DNA of 64,000 bases from Cyclobacteriaceae bacterium (lineage in GTDB: Bacteria; Bacteroidota; Bacteroidia; Cytophagales; Cyclobacteriaceae), in the NCBI GenBank assembly GCA_026989505.1, contig JALSJF010000128.1, positions 2,437-66,436 on the forward strand, in the 5' to 3' direction. Both the position numbers and the translations under genes were made by a program. Under the pieces are notes generated by a model that saw only the letters and a program-made list of their open reading frames with translations, was not told the origin of the DNA and searched no databases. This document shows positions 36,636 through 44,655 of the stretch, one piece after another (the stretch's first letter is position 1; every line of letters begins with the position of its first letter).

Positions 36636-37541
36636 TTAGCGGGTGCTGATATAGTTGGCCAGGGCACCGGCCATTTTTTCGGCTGCTGCCGGGTACATTC
36701 GCAGCCAAAGCTCCGGTTCAATTAACTCAACCTCGCCCACGGCAGGGTTACCGTAATTATCTTCTATAATATCTACCCGCCCGTACACCGGCACCGGCTG
36801 GCAAGCGTGTATGGCCCTGGCGCCAAGGTCAATTTCGGCCGGGGTTGGCTGATAGGCATGTACTGTGCCGCCAAAGTCGTCCTGCACCCGAAAATCACCG
36901 GGTTTGGCAATTTTTAGCACGGCATGACTGTAATGGCCATTAAAATACATCAGGGCAATTTCGCCTTTTTCCGGCACCGACCGCTGAAAAACTTGTAACA
37001 TCATCGCCTCGTTGGCTATCAGGTGCCGGAAGATAGCTTCATGTCTGGCAATATCTTCTGCCCTAAGCCGGTAGGTGTGCCGGGCAGCCCCGGAGACAGC
37101 CGGTTTTAAAATTACCTCCTCCCAGCCCGATTGGGCCACCACGGCCGCCAGGGTGGTTGTTTCACCGGCTTCAATAAAAATAGTTTCGGGGATGTTTACC
37201 CCCCTGGCCTGTAGGTCCAGCAAATAATGCTTGTCAAGGTTCCAGCGGATAAGGGCATAGGGGTTAACAAACCGGGTTAACTCTTTGGTCTTTTCAAGCC
37301 AGGCAGAAAAGGCCGCGAAGCGGTCGAAATAGTCCCAGGTAGAGCGAAAAACCGCTACCCCGGCATCCTGCCAGTTAAACGTTTCATCGGCCCAGTCAAC
37401 CCGGATGGCCTGCAACCCTTTGGCCTGCAGGGCTGCGGTTAGCAATTTGTCTTCGTCCAGGATATTTTGGGTATATAAATCTACCTGCTGCGGGTTCACA
37501 TAGCGTGCATCGGTTAATAATACAATATCGTGTTTGGGCAT
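36636..37541 (-). CDS. ATP-grasp domain protein (RimK/glutathione-synthetase-like fold)
   Basis: The ATG at 37541 gives MPKHDIVLLTD, followed by ...NLDKHYLLDLQARGVNIPET...VILKPAVSGAARHTY...VQDDFGGTV... and EVELIEPEL. Confidence 0.7.
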   Translation of the reverse strand: MPKHDIVLLTDARYVNPQQVDLYTQNILDEDKLLTAALQAKGLQAIRVDWADETFNWQDAGVAVFRSTWDYFDRFAAFSAWLEKTKELTRFVNPYALIRWNLDKHYLLDLQARGVNIPETIFIEAGETTTLAAVVAQSGWEEVILKPAVSGAARHTYRLRAEDIARHEAIFRHLIANEAMMLQVFQRSVPEKGEIALMYFNGHYSHAVLKIAKPGDFRVQDDFGGTVHAYQPTPAEIDLGARAIHACQPVPVYGRVDIIEDNYGNPAVGEVELIEPELWLRMYPAAAEKMAGALANYISTR

Positions 37542-37702
37542 AGCCGGGACATTTGAAAAAGGCAAAAATAAGGCCGGCTACGCTATGGGTAATTTTATCT
37601 TGCATATTTTTTTGCAAGTCAGGGCAACCCTTTATGCTTTTATTTATTTCATCTGCAGCCGGGTTTCATGGCCGTAAAATTTTGCCTGAGAGCCAAATAG
37701 TT

Positions 37703-37710
37703 TAATTTTG
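37703..37710 (+). promoter_or_regulatory. Candidate -7 promoter box (TAATTTTG) upstream of the transaldolase-CBS gene
   Basis: It matches TAnnTTTG exactly and lies 55 nt upstream of the ATG at 37765. Confidence 0.3.
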
Positions 37711-37764
37711 CACCCGTGTAAATAAAGACATGTACTAAATAACCGGCATTACTGCCTATATCTT

Positions 37765-38772
37765 ATGGAATTATACCTTGATTCAGCCGATCTGGAAGAG
37801 ATCAAAGAAGCGTTTAAATTAGGTTTTATCAAAGGCCTTACCACTACCCCTACGTTTATGCACCGGCATGGCGTAACGGATGTGGATGGCCTGATTGTTG
37901 AGCTGTCGAAGATTACCCCCATCCTGCAGATTGAGGCCCTGGGAAACACGGCAGAAGAGATACTGGCGGAAGCTGAGCGCCAACTGGCCCTGGGGCTGGA
38001 TAAAGACAAAACAGTGTTTAAAATCCCCGTATCGTTAGAGGGGGTACGGGCCTGCAAGATGTTGCGCGACAAAGGCTTGCTGGTGAATGTCCACCTGATT
38101 TACACCGTACAACAGGCTTACATGGCCCTCGAAGCCGGGGCTAATTATATCTGTCCGCTGGTAGGCCGCCTGCAAGACCAGGGCCATGATGCCCTTGACC
38201 TGGTGGATCAATGTGTGGAAGCCGTAGAGACCTTTGGCTACGATGCCAAAGTGATGTTTTCTTCGGTGCGCTACCCTGAGCATGTTCGTAATGCGCTGAA
38301 CCGGGGCGTACACGTATGCACCATCCCCTGGAAGGTGATGAAGATGCTGACCAGCAATAACCTCACCGAAGTGGGCATATCGCAGTTTGTAGAACACACC
38401 CGGCTGATGACCGTAAAGGTAAAGGATGTGCTTTCGGGCAAAAACCCGCTGGTTACCCTGGAGGATAAAATTGCCGATGCCCTGGTGAAAATGACCGAAT
38501 CGGGCTTTGGCTGCGTAGGGGTGGTTGATGCCAATGGCAAACTGGTAGGCACCTTTACCGATGGTGACTTGCGCAGGCTGGTTGAGGCGGAAGGCCATCA
38601 GGGGATTGACAAAAAAATGGGGGATTTAAGTTATAACCCGCCTATTACTATTGACGGGAATGCCCTGTTGCACCATGCCTCCCGGTTGCTGCATGAGAAA
38701 GGGGTGGATAACCTGATGGTGCTCAATGGTGATGAAGTGGTAGGCCAGTTGGATATCCAGGACGTACAATAA
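37765..38772 (+). CDS. Transaldolase/fructose-6-phosphate-aldolase family TIM barrel fused to a C-terminal KdsD-type CBS pair
   Basis: The N-terminus MELYLDSADLEEIKEAF...GLTTTPT...TVFKIPVSLEGVRACKML...VNVHLIYTVQQAYMALEAGANYICPLVGRL...VRYPEHV matches short (TalC/FSA-type) transaldolases, including the Schiff-base Lys context (FKIP). The C-terminal ~115 aa are two CBS motifs containing GTFTDGDLRRL, as in KpsF/GutQ/KdsD. Confidence 0.8.
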   Translation: MELYLDSADLEEIKEAFKLGFIKGLTTTPTFMHRHGVTDVDGLIVELSKITPILQIEALGNTAEEILAEAERQLALGLDKDKTVFKIPVSLEGVRACKMLRDKGLLVNVHLIYTVQQAYMALEAGANYICPLVGRLQDQGHDALDLVDQCVEAVETFGYDAKVMFSSVRYPEHVRNALNRGVHVCTIPWKVMKMLTSNNLTEVGISQFVEHTRLMTVKVKDVLSGKNPLVTLEDKIADALVKMTESGFGCVGVVDANGKLVGTFTDGDLRRLVEAEGHQGIDKKMGDLSYNPPITIDGNALLHHASRLLHEKGVDNLMVLNGDEVVGQLDIQDVQ

Positions 38773-38777
38773 CCCGT

Positions 38778-39497
38778 TTGTCTGGTTCTCCACAGGATAT
38801 CGAAAACTTATTTTCCGGCCCGGGGGCTATATTTAATGTCCCCGCCCCGGAAATAGCCCGGCAGGTGGCCGGGATAAAAGGCTTTATTTTTGATTGGGAC
38901 GGGGTGTTTAATGCGGGCGTAAAAGCAGACGACCAGGGCAGCCCCTTCTCCGAGATCGACAGCATGGGCATCAACATGTTGCGCTTCAGTTACTATTTAA
39001 AGTTTGGCTTCATTCCCCAGGTATTTATTGTTACCGGGGAGAACAACCAACCGGCTTTGCGGTTAAGCCAGCGGGAGCACTTTAACGGGGTGTACAGCAA
39101 AACGGGTAATAAACTATATGCCCTTAACCATATTACCGGGGCCTATGCCATAGCACCCGCCAGCATGGCCTTTATTTTTGATGATATCCTTGACCTGGGC
39201 CTGGCGGCCAAAGTGGCCTTGCGGTATTTTGTTAAGCAGCCGGCTGCCCCCATGTTGCAGCAATATATCCGTCAGCACCAACTGGCGGAATATTATACGG
39301 CCAACACCGGGGGGCATCATGCCGTCAGGGAGATATGCGAACTTACTATAGCCTTGCTGGGCAATTATGACCAGGTGGTGCAGGAACGGAACGCCCGGGC
39401 CTCGGCCTACCCATCTTACATAGAGGCCAGAAATAAAATTATTACCCGCTACCATACGCTCGAAAATGGCCGGATTACCGGGTTTACACCGCAGTAA
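38778..39497 (+). CDS. KdsC-like HAD-IIIA phosphatase (Kdo-8-phosphate phosphatase family-like)
   Basis: HAD motif I is GFIFDWDGVFN. It is followed by ...FIVTGENNQPALRLSQ...FNGVYSKTGNKLYALNHI...MAFIFDDILDLGLAAKVAL...TGGHHAVREICELTIALLG, which is colinear with KdsC. The start codon is TTG and its position is uncertain. Confidence 0.6.
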   Translation: MSGSPQDIENLFSGPGAIFNVPAPEIARQVAGIKGFIFDWDGVFNAGVKADDQGSPFSEIDSMGINMLRFSYYLKFGFIPQVFIVTGENNQPALRLSQREHFNGVYSKTGNKLYALNHITGAYAIAPASMAFIFDDILDLGLAAKVALRYFVKQPAAPMLQQYIRQHQLAEYYTANTGGHHAVREICELTIALLGNYDQVVQERNARASAYPSYIEARNKIITRYHTLENGRITGFTPQ

Positions 39498-39583
39498 GCA
39501 GTTCATATTTAAGCGGTTATAGTACCTTGATTTTTATCCGGTTTCATTCGGTAAAAAACTGGGGTATTCAACAATTTATTTAC

Positions 39584-39591
39584 TATTTTTG
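39584..39591 (+). promoter_or_regulatory. Candidate -7 promoter box (TATTTTTG) for the nqr operon
   Basis: It matches TAnnTTTG exactly and lies 35 nt upstream of the nqrA ATG at 39626. Confidence 0.35.
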
Positions 39592-39625
39592 CCCGACTTA
39601 CAGCTATTTAAAACCCATTGATAAA

Positions 39626-40993
39626 ATGTCAAAATCGGTGAAGCTTAAAAAAGGGTTTACCATCAACCTGGCCGGCAAGGCAAAACAACATCTTGCAGAA
39701 ATTTCCCAACCCGAAACATTTGCCGTAAAACCAACTGATTTTGTTGGCATGCAACGGCCAAAGGCCATGGTTAATGTTGGCGATAATGTCAAGGCCGGCA
39801 CACCGGTATTGTTTGACAAAAAGCAGGAAAATGTGTTTTATACCGCCCCGGTAAGTGGCGAAATTGTGGAGATTAAGCGGGGGGATAAACGTAAGTTGCT
39901 GGAAATTGTAATCTTAGCCGACAAGGAAATAGAGTACGAGGCTTTTCAAACCTATAATGTTTCTGACCTGGCCAAAGCCGGCAGGGAGGAACTGCAGGCG
40001 CAGATGCTGAAGTCCGGGGTGTGGCCGAATATCATTCAGCGCCCGTATGGCATTGTGGCCCGGCCGGAGGATACCCCGCGGGATATCTTTATCAGCGGTT
40101 TTGACTCCCACCCGCTGGCGCCCGATTACAATTTTATCTTTAAAGGGGAGGAAAAGAATTTTCAGGCAGGTATCGAAGTGCTTAAAAAGTTTACGCCCGG
40201 CACTATCCATGTAAATATAGCGGGTAAGGCCGAAGTGAACCCGGTGTACAGTGCTGCCGAAACCGTACAAATCAACAAGTTTTACGGCAAGCACCCGGCC
40301 GGCAATGTGGGCGTGCAGATCCACCACCTGGCCCCGATAAATAAAAACGACCTGGTGTGGACAATCAACCCTTATGGGGTTATTCAGCTTGGCCGGCTGT
40401 TCCTGGAGGGCAGATATGATGCCCGTAAGATTATTGCCCTGGCCGGCTCGGAGGTGAAAAACCCGCAGTATTACCAAACTTACAGCGGTGCCGGCATCAA
40501 ACGTTTTGTGCAGGACAACCTGGTTAACAATCACGTGCGCTATATCAGTGGCAATGTGCTTACCGGTGAAAATGTGGGGGAACAAGGGCACCTGGGGTAT
40601 TACGATCATCTGATTACGGTGATCCCGGAAGGGGACAAGCCGGAATTTTTCGGCTGGATTTTGCCCTCGTTTAAGAAGTTAAGTTTCTCGCGTGCCATTG
40701 GCCTGCTTTCCTTCCTTAACTCACCCAAAAAGGAATATGTAATTGACACCAATACCAAGGGTGAGCCCCGGGCCTTTGTGCAAACAGGCGTTTTTGAGCA
40801 GGTTACCCCGATGGATATCTACCCTACCCACCTGATCAAATCAATCCTGGCCGAGGATTTTGATGAGATGGAGGCGTTGGGGATTTATGAGGTGATAGAA
40901 GAAGATTTTGCCCTCTGTGAGTTTGTCGATGTTTCTAAACACAATATCCAGGCCATAGTGCGTGACGGACTTAATTTAATGCAGTATAGTTAA
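39626..40993 (+). CDS. nqrA: Na+-translocating NADH:quinone reductase subunit A
   Basis: The ATG at 39626 gives MSKSVKLKKGFTINLAGKA... It is the first gene of the colinear nqrABCDE set. Confidence 0.9.
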   Translation: MSKSVKLKKGFTINLAGKAKQHLAEISQPETFAVKPTDFVGMQRPKAMVNVGDNVKAGTPVLFDKKQENVFYTAPVSGEIVEIKRGDKRKLLEIVILADKEIEYEAFQTYNVSDLAKAGREELQAQMLKSGVWPNIIQRPYGIVARPEDTPRDIFISGFDSHPLAPDYNFIFKGEEKNFQAGIEVLKKFTPGTIHVNIAGKAEVNPVYSAAETVQINKFYGKHPAGNVGVQIHHLAPINKNDLVWTINPYGVIQLGRLFLEGRYDARKIIALAGSEVKNPQYYQTYSGAGIKRFVQDNLVNNHVRYISGNVLTGENVGEQGHLGYYDHLITVIPEGDKPEFFGWILPSFKKLSFSRAIGLLSFLNSPKKEYVIDTNTKGEPRAFVQTGVFEQVTPMDIYPTHLIKSILAEDFDEMEALGIYEVIEEDFALCEFVDVSKHNIQAIVRDGLNLMQYS

Positions 40994-41011
40994 TAGCCAT
41001 TATTAGATGAT

Positions 41012-42205
41012 ATGAAATTTATTCAGCAAGCTATTGATAAAGTAAAACCGGCTTTCGAAAAAGGTGGAAAACTGGAGAAATACTATTTCCTTTTCGAGTC
41101 AATCGAAACTTTTTTGTTTGTGCCGAAAGAGACCACCCTGCGTAAAGGGGTGCAAATCCGTGATGGCGTTGACTTAAAGCGGTTTATGATAACGGTGGTT
41201 ATTGCCTTGTTGCCGGCCCTGGTGTTTGGCACCTATAATGTAGGCTATCAGTATTACCAGGCTACCGGGCTGGAGCCTGCGGGTTCGTGGGATTTATGGT
41301 GGATAGGTATCCAGCGGGTGGTGCCCATCGTCATCGTCTCCTACGTGTTTGGCCTGTTTATCACCGAATTTGCTTTTTCGGTAATCCGGCAGCACCCGAT
41401 CAACGAGGGGTTCCTGGTTACCGGTATTCTTATCCCCATGGTATTGCCGCCTACCATTCCTTTATGGCAGGTAGCCGTAGCCACTGTTTTTGCCGTGGTT
41501 ATTGCCAAAGAGGCCTTTGGCGGCACCGGTATGAACGTTTTGAATGTAGCCCTGGTGGCCAGGGCCTTCCTGTATTTTGCCTATCCGGGCTTTATGTCGG
41601 GCGACCAGGTATGGGTTTACCTCGGTGGCCATACCCCGGTTGACGGTTTTTCGGGGGCTACTCCGCTGGGCATTGTAGCCAGTACCGTGGAGTCAGGGCA
41701 AAATGCGGTGGCGGCCTTGCTGGAACATGGCGACCACTACAGCCTGGGCAGTATGTTTTATGGCCTGATACCCGGCTCAATTGGCGAAACTTCGGTTTTG
41801 ATGATACTTATCGGGGCCGTAATCTTAATGGCCACCGGGGTAGGTAGCTGGCGTATCATTGTCAGCGGTTTTGCCGGGGCTTACCTGATGGCGTTGTTGC
41901 TGCAGGTTACCGGGGTAAACCCGTATATGCAGATGGCCCCCGTTTATCACCTGGTTATGGGCGGCCTGGCCTTTGGCATTGTGTTTATGGCCACCGATCC
42001 GGTAACCGCCTCGCAAACCAATACCGGTAAATGGATTTACGGGGCGATGATTGGTGTACTTACCATCATCATCAGGGTATTAAACCCGGCATATCCGGAA
42101 GGCATTATGCTGGCTATCTTATTTATGAATGTATTTGCTCCGCTGATAGATTACTATGTAGTGGGCGCCAACAAAAAACGAAGATTGAAACGTGCAACGG
42201 TCTAA
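41012..42205 (+). CDS. nqrB: Na+-NQR subunit B
   Basis: The polytopic membrane protein carries the FMN-attachment context DGFSGATPLG. Confidence 0.92.
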   Translation: MKFIQQAIDKVKPAFEKGGKLEKYYFLFESIETFLFVPKETTLRKGVQIRDGVDLKRFMITVVIALLPALVFGTYNVGYQYYQATGLEPAGSWDLWWIGIQRVVPIVIVSYVFGLFITEFAFSVIRQHPINEGFLVTGILIPMVLPPTIPLWQVAVATVFAVVIAKEAFGGTGMNVLNVALVARAFLYFAYPGFMSGDQVWVYLGGHTPVDGFSGATPLGIVASTVESGQNAVAALLEHGDHYSLGSMFYGLIPGSIGETSVLMILIGAVILMATGVGSWRIIVSGFAGAYLMALLLQVTGVNPYMQMAPVYHLVMGGLAFGIVFMATDPVTASQTNTGKWIYGAMIGVLTIIIRVLNPAYPEGIMLAILFMNVFAPLIDYYVVGANKKRRLKRATV

Positions 42206-42938
42206 CACTTACATTATCATCTTCACCGCTATAATGACAACCGTTATAGGCGGTGTTTTGTCGCTGGCCTCGCAACTGCTGGCCCCGGCACAGAAAAAGT
42301 CCATTGAACTCGACACCAAATCGCAGATATTGAGTGCGGTAATGAAAATGGACAAGAAAAAAGACGATGTCCTGGGGATGTATGACCAACGGATTAAGTC
42401 GTTTGTGGTGGATTACTACGGTAATCTTGTGACCCGGGACAAGAAAGGCAACCCGGTTGTGCCGGAAGATGTGAATATCCTGAAAAATTCGAAGTTGCCC
42501 CGGGAAGAACGCTTATTGCCGGTTTTTCAGTACATGAGTGCCGAAGATACCACCAAAATAGAAGCGTATATCCTGCCCATTTATGGCAACGGCCTGTGGA
42601 ATAAAATTTATGGCTATGTGGCGCTGGAGGCTGATTTAAATACCATTAAGGGGGTGTCGTTTGGCCATGTACAGGAAACGCCCGGACTGGGCGCCCGTAT
42701 AGCGGATGCCGAAATCCAAAACCGCTATAAGGGCAAGAAAATATTTGACGGGGATGAACTGGTATCGGTGGTGATGCTGAAAGGTGAAAAGAAAGACCCT
42801 TCATTGTTCGGGCCGCACGAAGTAGATGGTATGTCGGGGGCTACCCTTACGGCCAAAGGCGTAAATGCCATGCTGAAAGATTATTTGGAATGTTATAAAG
42901 GCTTTATTGACAAGACTAAGAACCAGGAAAGATCATGA
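42192..42938 (+). CDS. nqrC: Na+-NQR subunit C
   Basis: It has a single N-terminal TM segment and the FMN-attachment motif VDGMSGATLTAKGV. The start is GTG and overlaps the end of nqrB by 14 nt. Confidence 0.9.
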   Translation: MQRSNTYIIIFTAIMTTVIGGVLSLASQLLAPAQKKSIELDTKSQILSAVMKMDKKKDDVLGMYDQRIKSFVVDYYGNLVTRDKKGNPVVPEDVNILKNSKLPREERLLPVFQYMSAEDTTKIEAYILPIYGNGLWNKIYGYVALEADLNTIKGVSFGHVQETPGLGARIADAEIQNRYKGKKIFDGDELVSVVMLKGEKKDPSLFGPHEVDGMSGATLTAKGVNAMLKDYLECYKGFIDKTKNQERS

Positions 42939-43594
42939 GTACGGAAACAGTAGCACCGGTAGCTGCCAAAGAGCCGGCAGAACCCTTATTTTCTAAGCGC
43001 AGAAAGAAATTCGTTCTCGACCCGCTGAGCGATGATAACCCGGTTACCGTGCAGGTACTGGGTATTTGTTCGGCCCTGGCGGTGACGGTAAAAATGGAAC
43101 CCACCCTGATTATGGCGGTGTCGGTGGTGTTTGTAATTGTATTTTCTAACCTGATCATCTCCTTGCTGCGCAACCTTATTCCCGGCCGGGTACGGATTAT
43201 CGTGCAATTGGGCGTAATTGCCACCTTTGTAACCTTGGTAAGTGAGGTGCTGAAAGCCTATAACTATGAAATGTTTAAGGTGCTGGGCGCTTTTGTAGGG
43301 TTGATTATCACCAACTGTATCGTGATGGGCCGCTTAGAGGCCTTTGCCATGGGCAACAAGCCCTGGGATTCGGTACTTGATGGCCTGGGCAGTGGCTTTG
43401 GCTATGCCTGGGTAATCCTTACGGTGGCCTTCTTCCGGGAACTTCTGGGCTCAGGGTCACTGTTTAATGTGCAGATATACGATGCCTCAATAATGCCTAC
43501 CAACAGCTTGTTTATCGACTCGGTAGGGGCTTTTATGGTGTTGGGTATCCTTATCTGGATACAACGCAGTAAATCAGGTTACGTAGAACATTAA
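42935..43594 (+). CDS. nqrD: Na+-NQR subunit D
   Basis: It contains ...DNPVTVQVLGICSALAVT... and has an ATGA overlap with nqrC. Confidence 0.92.
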   Translation: MSTETVAPVAAKEPAEPLFSKRRKKFVLDPLSDDNPVTVQVLGICSALAVTVKMEPTLIMAVSVVFVIVFSNLIISLLRNLIPGRVRIIVQLGVIATFVTLVSEVLKAYNYEMFKVLGAFVGLIITNCIVMGRLEAFAMGNKPWDSVLDGLGSGFGYAWVILTVAFFRELLGSGSLFNVQIYDASIMPTNSLFIDSVGAFMVLGILIWIQRSKSGYVEH

Positions 43595-43606
43595 AATCAG
43601 CAGACG

Positions 43607-44218
43607 ATGGAATTAGTAAATCTTGGTATAAAATCGGTTTTTATCGATAACATGATCTTTGCCTATTTCCTGGGCATGTGTTCGTTCCTGGCCGTATCAA
43701 AAAAGGTAACCACAGCTATCGGCCTAGGGGCTGCGGTGGTGTTTGTGTTGGGGATTACCGCCCCGGTAAACTGGCTGGTACAGGAGTATATCCTCAAAGA
43801 AGGCGCCCTCACCTGGCTAAGTGCTGATTTTGCCGGCCTTAACCTGGAGTTTTTACAATTTATCATGTTTATCGCCATTATAGCGGCCATTGTGCAGTTG
43901 GTGGAAATGGTAGTGGAAAAATTCTCCCCTACCTTATATGGTGCCCTGGGCATCTTCCTGCCCCTGATTGCGGTGAACTGCGCTATCCTGGGCGGTTCCT
44001 TATTTATGGTCCAGCGCGATTATACCCTGGCGGAGGCCGGGGTGTTTGGCGTGGGTTCCGGCCTCGGCTTTATGTTTGCCATTGTCGCCCTGGCCGCAGT
44101 GCGCGAAAAGTTAAAATATTCAAATGTGCCCGATGGCTTAAAAGGCCTGGGCATCACCATGCTGATTACCGGCCTGATGGGTATCGCCTTTAAGTCGTTT
44201 ATTGGTATTGCCCTTTAG
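43607..44218 (+). CDS. nqrE: Na+-NQR subunit E
   Basis: It contains ...[19 protein letters not shown]...[15 protein letters not shown]... Confidence 0.92.
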   Translation: MELVNLGIKSVFIDNMIFAYFLGMCSFLAVSKKVTTAIGLGAAVVFVLGITAPVNWLVQEYILKEGALTWLSADFAGLNLEFLQFIMFIAIIAAIVQLVEMVVEKFSPTLYGALGIFLPLIAVNCAILGGSLFMVQRDYTLAEAGVFGVGSGLGFMFAIVALAAVREKLKYSNVPDGLKGLGITMLITGLMGIAFKSFIGIAL

Positions 44219-44243
44219 TCCTGAAGCGGTATCAGGGTAACAC

Positions 44244-44281
44244 AAAAAAGGCAGCCCGGGTAGTATCGGACTGCCTTTTTT
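44244..44281. terminator. Bidirectional intrinsic terminator between nqrE and the convergent small basic-protein gene
   Basis: The sequence is AAAAAA-GGCAGCCCG-GGTAGTAT-CGGACTGCC-TTTTTT. This is a 9-bp GC-rich stem with one mismatch, flanked by an A-run and a T-run. Confidence 0.7.
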
Positions 44282-44296
44282 CGGTCGGGCCGGTAA

Positions 44297-44506
44297 TTAC
44301 TTTTTAATCGGCTTATCAATAAATTTTCCATTTTTCGATTCCCCAAGGATGATAATGTCCTTGGTGCGCTCGTATTCTTTTATGGCTTGCTCCATTTGCT
44401 CACGGGTATCGCGCCTTACTTTTACCCCGCTGCTCGAACGTTTATTGCGGACTTCAATGTAAAATCCGTCTTTCAGTTTTTTTGGCTTGGTCGGAGGTCT
44501 TCCCAT
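44297..44506 (-). CDS. Small (69 aa) highly basic hypothetical protein with AT-hook-like N-terminus
   Basis: The sequence is MGRPPTKPKKLKDGFYIEVRNKRSSSGVKVRRDTREQMEQAIKEYERTKDIIILGESKNGKFIDKPIKK. It has a GRP core at the N-terminus and its own AT-rich upstream region. It ends at the bidirectional terminator. Confidence 0.55.
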   Translation of the reverse strand: MGRPPTKPKKLKDGFYIEVRNKRSSSGVKVRRDTREQMEQAIKEYERTKDIIILGESKNGKFIDKPIKK

Positions 44507-44655
44507 ATTTATTCAGTAGATTACTTGATTAATTTAGTGTGAAAGCTACGTTATTCTTGTTAGAAAATCGAATAGATTTTCAAATTTCTTTCGATTTTTT
44601 TTAATTTTTCCGAAAGGCACAAAGGCGCCTGTTTTTACCGTTAAAACCATAACAG

